This document shows, one piece after another, positions 8,668-18,544 of a DNA stretch of 64,000 bases; position 1 is the first letter of the stretch; every line of letters begins with the position of its first letter. The notes beneath the pieces were generated by a model, which was given only the letters and a program-made list of their open reading frames with translations, searched no databases and was not told where the DNA came from. The translations under genes and the position numbers were made by a program. Origin of the DNA: Candidatus Bathyarchaeota archaeon A05DMB-4 (GTDB lineage: Archaea > Thermoproteota > Bathyarchaeia > Bathyarchaeales > SOJC01); contig JABFQO010000004.1 in assembly GCA_019685575.1 (NCBI GenBank), forward strand, positions 66,927 to 130,926, read 5' to 3'.

Positions 8668-10562
8668 CTTCTGACCTCCCTTTCCAACCCTACGTTGACG
8701 TTCACGTCTTCTGATCCGTAGAGTTTTACGATTTCTAGCCCGTTTTTGTCATAGGCCAGTTGGTCGTTAAACAAACTTCGCAATCCAGAGGCAACCTTCG
8801 AATCATGCGCAGAAGGACTAAACAAGAACAGAGCAGTAGTTTTCTTTGAGGACAACAAATCTAACGCGTAACGAACGAAATTGTAAGTTTTCTCGAACCC
8901 GACCGAAAGCACCAAAGTGGATAGACTGTCAAAAATTATGTTCTGGTTACTGTATGGGTATGCTCTCAACGTCTTGTCAAGCGCATCCAACAACAATGAA
9001 GTATTATTCGACGGCAACAAGATCACCTCTTGCACACTGTTCGGTTGAGGAGCCGAAACAAGCTGGGTAAGTAAGAAAAATCGCACGTTCTCCTTTTTGC
9101 TCAACGCCGAGTATGCCGCGCTTCCTTTTGTCGTGAAAACTGTTATTGGCTCTATGTTGGCGGCTGCTTCTAAAGCGAAGTCTTGAATCAAGTTTTCATA
9201 ATTCGAGGCTGGGTCGATCTCAAGTAAAAGATTCCTTCCCCCCAACTGTTGGTGGGTTAGGCCTAGTTGTTTAGAGAAGCTGTTTGTGTGTTCCAGCAGA
9301 TCCATAGATTTCGTGGTGAGGAATTTGAATTCTTCCGCTATTTTTGGGTTAATTTTTCCTACGTTTATTGCTCTGAGCTCCGTTAGGTATTTGTCCATGA
9401 TTTGACTGTTTGCTTCTCGTAGGTAGTCAAGGTATTCTTCTTCATCTCCGTCGAGGAAACTTAGGTTGCCCAAATCGAACAAGTCTCTTTCATGTTTGAA
9501 GCCTTTTCTTTTTGATTCTTCCTTGAAGTTTCTCCAAAATTCGATTATTTTTTGTTTGTCGAAGCGCCCGTTTGACAAGTATGCTCCAGAAAGCCCCGTG
9601 AGGAATAGGGAACCGTCTTTTTCATGTTTCTCAACGTTTATACCCATCTCTTTGAGTTTTAACCGCACCACTGTGCCTTCTTCGTCCGGAAAAGCATAGA
9701 CAACGCGGTCGTTTCGCTGGAGACCTTCATTAATGTAATTAGCGAATATTTTCATTTTATCGACGTTTGAACTGTAGAAAACCACGATGTGCTCTCCTTC
9801 TTTAACTTGAAGCACTTGACGCGGCATCTCAAACAACTCTTCAAGAATCGTAGCCTTCTTGAAGTGGTAGGCTATCCCGGTGAAAAAGAACATGTTCAGC
9901 ACGTAGCCAATCTCAATCATCTCGTACCCCAATAAACGCACGTAAACATTGAAAAAAATAAGAGAAAACCCAGTTCCTATCCAGCTTGCACCTGTCCACG
10001 CAAGGGCTCTGGAAACGACTTTTTCTTTGCTTCGAAGACTAGACAGCATGAACAAACCGCATGGGTATACTGCGACGAATCCAAGAAAAACGGCAAGTAT
10101 GCCCAAGAACCATGGCTCATAAACTGGCGCATAAACAACTCCGCCCCACAACATTGTGACCAGTTCTGGCGACCATGGAATAAGCGTCCACGTGATTACG
10201 AACAAAACGGCCGCGTAGCCCTTGAAGAATAACGAGAGTAAGTTTAATGTTGAAGAATGTTTCTGGTCGATGTTGTTTCCTTTTTGATATAATACGCGTG
10301 CTGTGCGTTCTACTGAACCCGCCGTGACTAAAACTGCCGTAATCCCGCCTGCAGTGGTGTAGTAGACCACCCAACTTTCTTGGATCACGTGATTCTTTAT
10401 GAAGTCGCAGAATATTACAACAGCGAAAGAAACGAAGGCTAAGATGAAAAACATCTGGACTGATTTAAAGTAGGAGCCCCTCTGTCTTAGAAATAGAAAT
10501 ATCAGTAGGCTAATGATCGAGAAATAGACGACGTACAACACTGAGTCGATCATGTGTTTCAC
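8664..10562 (-). CDS. Membrane sensor protein: ~8 TM helices + MEDS domain + C-terminal degenerate KaiC-like (DUF835-like) domain
   Basis: Hydrophobic N-terminal ~230 aa. MEDS-like segment HIVVFYSSNVDKMKIFANYINEGLQRNDRVVYAF. C-terminal RecA/KaiC-like fold region without a Walker A. Confidence 0.6.
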   Translation of the reverse strand: MKHMIDSVLYVVYFSIISLLIFLFLRQRGSYFKSVQMFFILAFVSFAVVIFCDFIKNHVIQESWVVYYTTAGGITAVLVTAGSVERTARVLYQKGNNIDQKHSSTLNLLSLFFKGYAAVLFVITWTLIPWSPELVTMLWGGVVYAPVYEPWFLGILAVFLGFVAVYPCGLFMLSSLRSKEKVVSRALAWTGASWIGTGFSLIFFNVYVRLLGYEMIEIGYVLNMFFFTGIAYHFKKATILEELFEMPRQVLQVKEGEHIVVFYSSNVDKMKIFANYINEGLQRNDRVVYAFPDEEGTVVRLKLKEMGINVEKHEKDGSLFLTGLSGAYLSNGRFDKQKIIEFWRNFKEESKRKGFKHERDLFDLGNLSFLDGDEEEYLDYLREANSQIMDKYLTELRAINVGKINPKIAEEFKFLTTKSMDLLEHTNSFSKQLGLTHQQLGGRNLLLEIDPASNYENLIQDFALEAAANIEPITVFTTKGSAAYSALSKKENVRFFLLTQLVSAPQPNSVQEVILLPSNNTSLLLDALDKTLRAYPYSNQNIIFDSLSTLVLSVGFEKTYNFVRYALDLLSSKKTTALFLFSPSAHDSKVASGLRSLFNDQLAYDKNGLEIVKLYGSEDVNVNVGLEREVRR

Positions 10563-10571
10563 TGAGATTTT

Positions 10572-11324
10572 TTAAACCATAGAGAACGGTACTATTTTTA
10601 AGCCGATTTTTTCGTCGATGATAACTTCGTGGTATTTCTTGCTGTGGTTGGTGCCTCTCATTTTTCTTATGAGAAAACGTGTTTTCAACTCTTCCTTACG
10701 AGTGATACTTTCAAGCGTAAGCACAGCGTCGGCTATGAACTCCTCGATTCCCAACCCTAATGTTTTGTAACCCGTCGGTACGCTGCAAGTCATTATAGTG
10801 GTGCAGTTGAGATTTTTCAAAACTTTGTAAAAAATATGCATAAGCGTTCGGTATTCGAATTTTTCTTGGTTGGCGCTGAGAAAGGCAGTTAACGAGTCTA
10901 TGACGAGACGTTCTGCCTGCAAGTTTTTAATAGCGCTCAATATGAAATCGATGTTAGCGTTCAAGCCGGCTCCTTTCATAGACTCTAAACTAACAACTTT
11001 TATCATGCCATCCCGTTCAAGTTTGTCAAGGTCAAAGCCGAATTTTGCCATGTTTCGCTTTAACGTCCGTTCGTCTTCCTCAAAAGTCGCATACACGCCT
11101 TTTTCTCCGAACTGGACAGCACCGTTGTATATGAATTCTATAGAGAAAATTGTTTTGCCGCTACCAGTGTTACCCGCGAGGAGGATAACTTCGCCTTTCA
11201 AGAACCCTCCTTCGATTAATCCATCTAACCCTTCAATGCCTGTGCGGATACGTTTTGATGGGAACTTTTGTTGTATGTCCTCGACTATGTCGACTTTGGA
11301 AATGGATTCTGAAATGGATTTCAA
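10572..11324 (-). CDS. KaiC-like (RecA-superfamily) single-domain ATPase
   Basis: Walker A GNTGSGKT. KaiC/RadA-like layout (GIEGLDGLIEGGF...). 250 aa. Confidence 0.75.
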   Translation of the reverse strand: MKSISESISKVDIVEDIQQKFPSKRIRTGIEGLDGLIEGGFLKGEVILLAGNTGSGKTIFSIEFIYNGAVQFGEKGVYATFEEDERTLKRNMAKFGFDLDKLERDGMIKVVSLESMKGAGLNANIDFILSAIKNLQAERLVIDSLTAFLSANQEKFEYRTLMHIFYKVLKNLNCTTIMTCSVPTGYKTLGLGIEEFIADAVLTLESITRKEELKTRFLIRKMRGTNHSKKYHEVIIDEKIGLKIVPFSMV

Positions 11325-11433
11325 CCTCCAGTGATGCAGTCAAGTAAGCATGAAACTTTTACATTATAATTCATTTATGAACGAACAATACTTATCAAAA
11401 ATAAACCTCGATTGCTCGGTCATGCCAGAGTTT

Positions 11434-12252
11434 TTAGAAACCCTGCTTAATGTCCGCGTATATCTGTGAGCAGCAAAGCGATGAAAAACTGATCTGATAC
11501 CCCATTTGGACTGCAAGTTTTATTGCTTCTTCAGCGGGGAAGGCTATTGCGTTTACGCCGGCTTTGACGGCTAGTTTGTCGGTTTCATTTTTGTGTTTGC
11601 CTTTAGGCCTCATGCAGCCCAACACGAGCGGGGTTTTCGGCATCATCAACCTAGCGAGCAAGATGATTTTGCCTATGTCTAAGGGTGTTGGCGGCGTAAC
11701 GTTTTCCATGATCGTGCCACGTATCGGCATAAAGGCGATGATTATGACTGCAGATGGCGCGTATTTTGAAATAATCCTTAACGCTTCCAGTTCACCCTTC
11801 AATTTTCCATAATGCAATCCCACCAGCACATGGGGGACAAAGGGAATGCCAACGCTGGCAAGATTCGCCAAAGACTGCTCATAATCGGCAATCTTTGCAT
11901 CAAGATGATAAATCTCACGTAGCGTCTCGTCAGAGCCAATAATGTCAATTAACGCAGCGTCAACCTCGGCGTTTTTTAGCTGTTCAGCCATTTCTCTGCT
12001 GATCACTCCTGTGTGCGCCACAACGGTTAGCCCCAAATCTTTCTTTATCCGTGCAATGGCGTCGACGAATTTCTCAAGAGGCACAGAGCCATCAGGCAAG
12101 CATCCGCCACTTATGAGGCAACCAACCGCCCCGTTTTCCTTCAATTCCCGGCACAAAGCCACTAGGCGTTGTGGGGTAGTCGCGGGGTACATGGTGTTTA
12201 ACACTATTCCCCCGCAATGTTTACACTTTAAAGCGCATGAAGATCCTGTCAC
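11434..12252 (-). CDS. Radical SAM protein, BioB/HydE/PylB-like (candidate LipS-type lipoyl synthase component); N-terminus unresolved
   Basis: CALKCKHCGG Cx3Cx2C motif only 5 codons after the first in-frame GTG. The frame stays open a further 78 codons upstream with protein-like sequence but no ATG/GTG/TTG. Confidence 0.55.
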   Translation of the reverse strand: MTGSSCALKCKHCGGIVLNTMYPATTPQRLVALCRELKENGAVGCLISGGCLPDGSVPLEKFVDAIARIKKDLGLTVVAHTGVISREMAEQLKNAEVDAALIDIIGSDETLREIYHLDAKIADYEQSLANLASVGIPFVPHVLVGLHYGKLKGELEALRIISKYAPSAVIIIAFMPIRGTIMENVTPPTPLDIGKIILLARLMMPKTPLVLGCMRPKGKHKNETDKLAVKAGVNAIAFPAEEAIKLAVQMGYQISFSSLCCSQIYADIKQGF

Positions 12253-12523
12253 AGAAATCGACGGAAAAGTGTTTGGCGAGGAACAATAATGCTCGGTTTT
12301 GTAGTAAACGAAGCTGGGTGCGTAAAAACGGATTTTCTTGCCAAAATTGGCCCAGTTGACCTTTTGCGCCTTGAGTAGGGCGTTGTTGAAGGATTTTTTG
12401 TCCGCGTTTAATAGAGTTTCATAGCCTATGGCGTATCCCTTCGCTCGTTCTTCTCTAACACGAAAGGTATAAGGATATATACTTTGTTAATCGTCTTGTT
12501 TTTCTAGAATTAGGCTAGCAAAA

Positions 12524-13534
12524 GTGCTTATGATGAACAATAACAATGTTCCCGAACTAATTCGAGTGTCCATAGGCTCGGCAATCGTGTTGGGATTAGT
12601 CCAAGGTAACCTCGATGCTTTTCCCACAACCGCATATCTTCTAACGTACAGAACGGGGAAATGTACAGCGAATTGCGGTTTTTGCCCCCAAGCCAGAAAC
12701 AGCAAAAGCCGCGCAGATATGCTTTCGAGAGTTACTTGGCCTGCTTTCCTAACCTTACAAGTTATCGAAGGAATAGCGAAAGCCGTAGAGCAGGACAGAA
12801 TCAAGCGTGTTTGCATACAAGCCCTCAATTACCCAACAGTTTTTGACGACGTACTATGCATAGTCTCTAACATTCGTTCAAAATGCCACGTACCCATCTC
12901 CATATCTTGCCAACCAATAAACGATGATACGATGAAAAAATTGGCCACAGCCGGTGTCGACAGAATCGGCATTCCGCTGGACGCTGCTACCAGAGAAATT
13001 TTTGAAAAAATAAAAGGTAAAGCTGCGAGGGGACCTTACGTCTGGGAGAAACAATTAGAGACTTTGGGAAACGCCGTGAAAATTTTTGGCAAAAACAACG
13101 TGAGTACGCACCTCATCGTCGGTTTAGGCGAGACAGAAAAAGAAATGGCTGAAATCATTCAGCGTTGCGTGGACATGGGTGTATTTCCAAGTTTGTTCGC
13201 TTTTACGCCCATTTCTGGAACCACGTTGGAGCGTTGTTTGCCTCCGTCCTTGGCGCGATATAGGCGAATCCAGTTGGCACGGTACCTCATAGTTGAAGGA
13301 AAATCGAGAATCGAAAACATGCAGTTCAACGGAGATGGCAAGATTGTGGATTTTGGGGTTTCTCCTGACACGTTGAACACGGCCGTGTCAAGCGGTGTGC
13401 CATTCCTGACCTCCGGCTGCCCAGACTGCAACCGTCCATACTATAACGAAAAACCAGGCGGTCCCATCTACAACTACCCCTACATGCCCACGGCGGATGA
13501 AATTGAAGAAATAGCGAAAGTTTTTAAGCAATGA
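12524..13534 (+). CDS. Radical SAM protein, biotin-synthase-like (candidate LipS-type lipoyl synthase component)
   Basis: CTANCGFCPQ motif (compare BioB CPEDCKYCPQ). 336 aa. Divergent from the other BioB-like radical SAM gene. Confidence 0.6.
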   Translation: MLMMNNNNVPELIRVSIGSAIVLGLVQGNLDAFPTTAYLLTYRTGKCTANCGFCPQARNSKSRADMLSRVTWPAFLTLQVIEGIAKAVEQDRIKRVCIQALNYPTVFDDVLCIVSNIRSKCHVPISISCQPINDDTMKKLATAGVDRIGIPLDAATREIFEKIKGKAARGPYVWEKQLETLGNAVKIFGKNNVSTHLIVGLGETEKEMAEIIQRCVDMGVFPSLFAFTPISGTTLERCLPPSLARYRRIQLARYLIVEGKSRIENMQFNGDGKIVDFGVSPDTLNTAVSSGVPFLTSGCPDCNRPYYNEKPGGPIYNYPYMPTADEIEEIAKVFKQ

Positions 13535-13613
13535 TGAACCTTTTTAGGAAATTACAATCTTCACAAATACAAAAAACAAAGTTTATGACTTTAAACGTCA
13601 ATGTTAACAGAAG

Positions 13614-14885
13614 GTGAACAGAATTCCGTTAGAATTTAGATTTCTCGGCGGCACCAGAGAAATCGGCAGAATAGGAATAGCCGCAAAGACCGAAAAAACC
13701 CAGGTGCTCCTTGACTATGGCATTATGATGGATCACGAACCGGGGTTTCCGATGCACGTGCCGCCTAAAGAATTAGACGCGATAATATTAACTCATAGCC
13801 ACCTTGATCATTCTGGCGCGATTCCGGTTTTCCATATCGGAGAAAGAAAGCCTGTGTACGGGACGCCGTTGACTTTTGACCTTAGCCAGATTTTGATTTC
13901 CGATTTTATTCATTTGTCTTCTTATTATCTTTCTTTCGAGTTTCTCGAGTTAAGAAGTATGATGAGAAGCGCCGTTCACACGGGTTATGGCGAACCAAAA
14001 ACCGTCGGCGACATAAATTTTCAACTTTTAGACGCGGGACATATTCCGGGAAGCGCCCAAGTGCTTATTGAAACACAGGGGAAACGTGTCCTTTTCACTG
14101 GAGATTTTAACACGACGGAAACACGGCTTCTTTCAACGGCGAATATGAATTATGGAGAGCTCGATGCAATAATTATGGAAAGCACGTACGCCAACGAAGA
14201 TCACCCTGAAAGAAAGGCGTTGGAGAAAGAGTTCATGGAAGAAATCATGGATATCGTGGAAAACGGCGGAACCGTCCTCGTGCCCGCCTTCAGTGTTGGG
14301 CGCTCACAAGAAATCGCTTGCATCCTAGCCGCGTACCATTTCGAGTATCCAGTTACAATCGATGGCATGGCGCGGGAAGCGAACAGAATCATGCTAAACT
14401 ATCCAGATTATGTCAAGGATTTCAGACTCTTTCAAAACGCCGTACAAGCAAGCAACTGGGCAGACGGATGGCGAGATCGAAGGTTGGCGACCAAAAAGCC
14501 TGGGGTAATAATCTCGCCTGCGGGTATGCTGAAAGGTGGACCGGCAATGTTTTACGTTTCAAAGATAGGGAAGAAAACGCACAACGGTGTTTTTTTGGTA
14601 AGTTATCAGATTCCCGGCACGCCTGGTCGCGAGCTTATGGAAAAAGGGAGATGCGTAATTGACGGGAAAATGCGGAAAGTTAAAGCTAAAGTCAAACACT
14701 TCGATTTTTCCTCACACTGCGGAGCAAGCGAACTTCAGTCAGTCGTAAAGAGTCTGAAGGGCAACCCCACCGTATACGTTGTACACGGCGCAGAGGGCAA
14801 CTGCGAAAAATTCGCAAAATGGGTTCAAAAAGAAACTGGCTTTAATGCTGTTGCACCTAAAGCAGGAGACGTTTTCAAGGTTTAA
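13614..14885 (+). CDS. beta-CASP metallo-beta-lactamase ribonuclease (aRNase J / aCPSF2-like)
   Basis: HSHLDHSG MBL motif. N-terminus FRFLGGTREIGRIGI typical of archaeal beta-CASP RNases. 423 aa. Confidence 0.75.
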   Translation: MNRIPLEFRFLGGTREIGRIGIAAKTEKTQVLLDYGIMMDHEPGFPMHVPPKELDAIILTHSHLDHSGAIPVFHIGERKPVYGTPLTFDLSQILISDFIHLSSYYLSFEFLELRSMMRSAVHTGYGEPKTVGDINFQLLDAGHIPGSAQVLIETQGKRVLFTGDFNTTETRLLSTANMNYGELDAIIMESTYANEDHPERKALEKEFMEEIMDIVENGGTVLVPAFSVGRSQEIACILAAYHFEYPVTIDGMAREANRIMLNYPDYVKDFRLFQNAVQASNWADGWRDRRLATKKPGVIISPAGMLKGGPAMFYVSKIGKKTHNGVFLVSYQIPGTPGRELMEKGRCVIDGKMRKVKAKVKHFDFSSHCGASELQSVVKSLKGNPTVYVVHGAEGNCEKFAKWVQKETGFNAVAPKAGDVFKV

Positions 14886-14895
14886 AGGATAAACA

Positions 14896-15438
14896 ATGAA
14901 AATCATTGTTCTGTCTATCGAACAAGTCGAGCCTGCCGTTCTTGAGCAAGTCCAAGAAAACCTTACCAAAATTTTTCTGCATGTGAAATTTGTGACCTTG
15001 AAAGGTTTTACGACGGTTCCACAAGAAGCGTACAACAGCGAAAGAAAACAGTATATTTCTAGTTTTTTGCTTTCTCTCCTTCGAGATTATTTGGAAAAAA
15101 CAGACGCGGACAAAATTTTAGGAATAACCACCGTTGACCTTTATGCGCCCCCTTTGAATTTTGTTTTTGGAGAAGCAGAACTTAACGGAGAACTTGCAAT
15201 TATTTCGTTATGCAGGTTTCACCAAGAATTCTATGGCAAACCCGCAGATCAAACATTGTTCTTAGAGCGGACGTTAAAGGAGGCGACGCATGAAATTGGA
15301 CACACTTTTGGCTTGACGCACTGCTCCGACCCATTTTGCGTCATGTTCTTCTCGAACTCCATTTTAGACGTAGACAGAAAATGCCCAGATTTCTGTCAAG
15401 AATGCTTAAAACGTGTTCATACCTTATTAAGCCATTAA
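14896..15438 (+). CDS. amzA: Archaemetzincin (AmzA) zinc metalloprotease
   Basis: HEIGHTFGLTHC extended metzincin motif plus the C-terminal CPDFCQEC Cys pair. Confidence 0.8.
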   Translation: MKIIVLSIEQVEPAVLEQVQENLTKIFLHVKFVTLKGFTTVPQEAYNSERKQYISSFLLSLLRDYLEKTDADKILGITTVDLYAPPLNFVFGEAELNGELAIISLCRFHQEFYGKPADQTLFLERTLKEATHEIGHTFGLTHCSDPFCVMFFSNSILDVDRKCPDFCQECLKRVHTLLSH

Positions 15439-15503
15439 CGTCTCGCTGCCAAAAAACCTATTTGTATGCTTTGCTATGTTTCTTGCTCCAAGCTTTCGGG
15501 AAG

Positions 15504-17636
15504 GTGACAAGGTTGCCAATCACAGAATTTAAGTATGATTTGGGTAGGATTGAAAAAGGCTACAACAACAGAACCCTGTACGTGAATCTTTCTGACATGA
15601 AAATCCTCAGCAAACCCGTCTCTAAAACAATGAAAGAAAAGTTCATTGGTGGACGCGGCTTCGATTTGTGGCTTCTCTGGAATGCTTTACCTAAAAACCG
15701 CATCATCAAATGGAACGACCCAGAAAACGAAATCTGCATTGCTTGTGGACCTTTAGGCGGAACACCAGTTTTTCCGGGCAGTGGGAAAAGCATAGTGGCT
15801 TCGATCTCGCCCTTGACTGGCATGGTTATTGACTCGAATGTGGGCGGTTATTTTGGCGCGTATCTGAAGTTTGCTGGTTGGGACGCGTTGGAGATCCAAG
15901 GCAAAGCAAAGACTGAAGTCGTCATCTTTATCGACGGAGACGAGGGAAAAGTGCAAATTGAAGACGCTTCTAAATTGCCTTCAGAAACACACTTAATCGT
16001 AGATATTTTAGCAAAGAAATACGGTGGCGAGAAACCTCAAAGCGTTTCTGTAGTTTCATCGGGTCCAGGTGCTGAGCACACGTTTTTCGGGTGTCTCAAC
16101 TTTTCTTGGTACGACGCTGCACGTAAGATTCACCGTTATAAGCAAGCTGGAAGAGGCGGAATTGGCACAGTCCTCCGCGACAAGAAAGTAAAGGCAATCG
16201 TAGTCAAGTATTCCGGGAAAATCACCGTAGACACGAACGGCCCAGCAGACGCAGAACTGCTCAAGCAAGTCGGCACGGCGTATAATCAAGAAATTCGAAC
16301 ACTCGACCCAAAGCAAAACGAGATGGCAACTATAGGAACCACCCACCTCGTGACGATAATGAACGAATTCGACCTTCTCCCAGTGAAAAACTTCAAGTTC
16401 GGCAGTCACCCCGACGGACCGAATCTTGGCAAAGAAGTTTACAGAAAAAAATTCCACAAGGGCTATGACGGATGCTGGTTAGGATGCGCCTTAGCATGTG
16501 CTCACGGGGTTAAAGACTTTGAACTCAAAACAGATCCGTACAAAGGCCAAAGAGTCTTCGTTAACGGTCCAGAGTACGAAACCATCGCGGGGGTGGGAAG
16601 CAATTGTGGCATTTTTGATGCTGACTGTGTTATTGAAATAAACTATTACTGTGACATTTACGGCTTGGACACAATCTCGGTTGGCACCGCAATTGCCTTC
16701 GCCATGGAATGCTACGAAATGGGCTTGATAAACAAAAAGATAACAGGCGGGCTGGATTTAAGATTCGGCAACAAAGAAGCCGCGCTTGAACTGATTCACC
16801 AGATGGCGAGAGGAGAAGGCTTCGGTGTCACAGTAGGTCAAGGCGTAAGACGGATGAAGAAGATTTTTGCAGAAAAACACGGTGCAGACCAAAAAATCAT
16901 GCAGGATATCGGAATGGAAGCCAAGGGACTGGAGTTTTCTGAGTACGTAACTAAGGAATCGCTGGCACAACAAGGCGGTTACGGACTTGCGTTGAAAGGA
17001 CCTCAGCATGACGAAGCATGGCTAATTTTCCTCGACATGGTACACAATTTGATGCCCACCTTTGAGCAAAAAGCCGAAAACCTTCACTGGTTCCCTATGT
17101 TCCGCACATGGTTTGGACTCAACGGTTTGTGTAAACTCCCGTGGAACGACGTTGTTCCTCCAGAGAACAAAAACACGAAAGAACCAGCAAAAGTAATCTC
17201 GCACGTCGAAAACTACGCTAAATATTTTTATGCCGTCACTGGCAAGAAGGTCACGGTGGACGACATAATCCTCATGAGCGAAAGAGTCTACAACTTTCAA
17301 CGCATCTTCAATCTACGCATGGGCTTCGGCACCCGTGAACATGATGCTATACCGTACCGTGCAGTAGGCCCTGTAACTAAAGAAGAGTACGAATCCCGCG
17401 CAGAACGCTACGACAAACAACTCAAGGAAAAACTCGGATACGACCCGAAAGGCAAAACAACCGAGGAAAAACTAGCAGTTCTACGAAAACACCGTGAAGC
17501 AGAATACGAAAGATTGAAGGATGCTGTCTACAAGAGACGCGGCTGGTCTGCAAACGGCGTCCCGACATTGCAAAAAGTGAAAGAACTCGGCATAGACTTT
17601 CCCGACGTAGTGGAGCTTCTGCAAAAGCATGGATAA
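15504..17636 (+). CDS. aor: Aldehyde:ferredoxin oxidoreductase family (tungsten/molybdopterin AOR)
   Basis: Aligns with P. furiosus AOR over its length (GYNNRTLYVNLS..., GGRGFDLWLL, GYFGAYLKFAGWDALEIQGKA). Start set to the in-frame GTG at 15504 (alternative TTG at 15540); the track ORF start overlaps amzA. Confidence 0.8.
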   Translation: MTRLPITEFKYDLGRIEKGYNNRTLYVNLSDMKILSKPVSKTMKEKFIGGRGFDLWLLWNALPKNRIIKWNDPENEICIACGPLGGTPVFPGSGKSIVASISPLTGMVIDSNVGGYFGAYLKFAGWDALEIQGKAKTEVVIFIDGDEGKVQIEDASKLPSETHLIVDILAKKYGGEKPQSVSVVSSGPGAEHTFFGCLNFSWYDAARKIHRYKQAGRGGIGTVLRDKKVKAIVVKYSGKITVDTNGPADAELLKQVGTAYNQEIRTLDPKQNEMATIGTTHLVTIMNEFDLLPVKNFKFGSHPDGPNLGKEVYRKKFHKGYDGCWLGCALACAHGVKDFELKTDPYKGQRVFVNGPEYETIAGVGSNCGIFDADCVIEINYYCDIYGLDTISVGTAIAFAMECYEMGLINKKITGGLDLRFGNKEAALELIHQMARGEGFGVTVGQGVRRMKKIFAEKHGADQKIMQDIGMEAKGLEFSEYVTKESLAQQGGYGLALKGPQHDEAWLIFLDMVHNLMPTFEQKAENLHWFPMFRTWFGLNGLCKLPWNDVVPPENKNTKEPAKVISHVENYAKYFYAVTGKKVTVDDIILMSERVYNFQRIFNLRMGFGTREHDAIPYRAVGPVTKEEYESRAERYDKQLKEKLGYDPKGKTTEEKLAVLRKHREAEYERLKDAVYKRRGWSANGVPTLQKVKELGIDFPDVVELLQKHG

Positions 17637-18465
17637 CAAAGCAGAAAAAACGGTTTTTCAGGCTAGCCCGGCTCTTCTGGCGCCAGTTATTGCAAGCTTA
17701 TTTGTAGGAGCATTTTGTGCTTTTTTGTTTTTGATTTCGGATACAAGCTTGCCTAGTGTTACTTTGCTTCCAGAGGTGGGTTTTGGGCCGCTGGTGAACG
17801 CTGCGGTTTTCGTGGTTGCAGCGGCGGTCGGGGCGTCTGTGATTTATCTGATGATGAAGCATAAGGTTCGGTGGCTGGTTCGTTTCTTGACCAGTTTTGC
17901 TATGGCTGTGGTTACATTTTTTCTTTCAGAACTGTATTGCTGGATGTTATTCTCGCTCTTGAACGTGGGCAACGTGGATTTGCTGGCGTTTATGAACGCT
18001 GTTTTGATCACCGTGATTGTGGACATTGAACTTTTTGTGCTCGATAACCGTGGCTACGAGATAATTATCCTAATGCTGGGCGGTGCTCTTGGGGCATTTC
18101 TCGGCGCGTCTATCCCTACCTTCAGCGCGGTGTTGATTCTTTTGTTTTTAGCAGTGTACGATGTTGTGGCTGTTTTTCGTGGACCCGTAGGCAAGATTGC
18201 CTTAGAGGGCTTGGAGCACTTGCGTGGATTAAGTTTTTCTTTCAGGGACATTCAAATGGGTTTAGGCGACTTGACATTCTACTCCATGCTAATCAGCCAC
18301 GCAATCATTTTCTTCGGGCCGTTGGCGGCAGCCAGTGGTGCCGTTGGAGTTTTAGCCGGTTCGTTTTTTTCGTTTAAAATGTTGGAAAAGAAGGGCATGT
18401 TCCCGGGGTTGCCGTTTTCTATTATTCTGGGTTTGGCTGGTGTTTTCACAGCGTCACTGTTATGA
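17629..18465 (+). CDS. Presenilin/SPP-like intramembrane aspartyl protease (A22 family)
   Basis: Polytopic membrane protein with a YD motif (LAVYDVVAV) and a GLGD motif (QMGLGDLTFY). Confidence 0.6.
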   Translation: MDNKAEKTVFQASPALLAPVIASLFVGAFCAFLFLISDTSLPSVTLLPEVGFGPLVNAAVFVVAAAVGASVIYLMMKHKVRWLVRFLTSFAMAVVTFFLSELYCWMLFSLLNVGNVDLLAFMNAVLITVIVDIELFVLDNRGYEIIILMLGGALGAFLGASIPTFSAVLILLFLAVYDVVAVFRGPVGKIALEGLEHLRGLSFSFRDIQMGLGDLTFYSMLISHAIIFFGPLAAASGAVGVLAGSFFSFKMLEKKGMFPGLPFSIILGLAGVFTASLL

Positions 18466-18544
18466 TTCGAAAAATTTTTCCAAACAACTTTTATTCTCAA
18501 AGCACCAACTAAACAACAACCCCAAAAGCAGAAGTGAAAAACCA

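Noticed and set aside
12487-12828. 113-aa minus-strand ORF
   Set aside because: It lies entirely inside the well-supported plus-strand radical SAM gene 12524..13534 and has no motifs. It shares a frame with the upstream open region of the 11434..12252 gene only by coincidence; a stop separates them.
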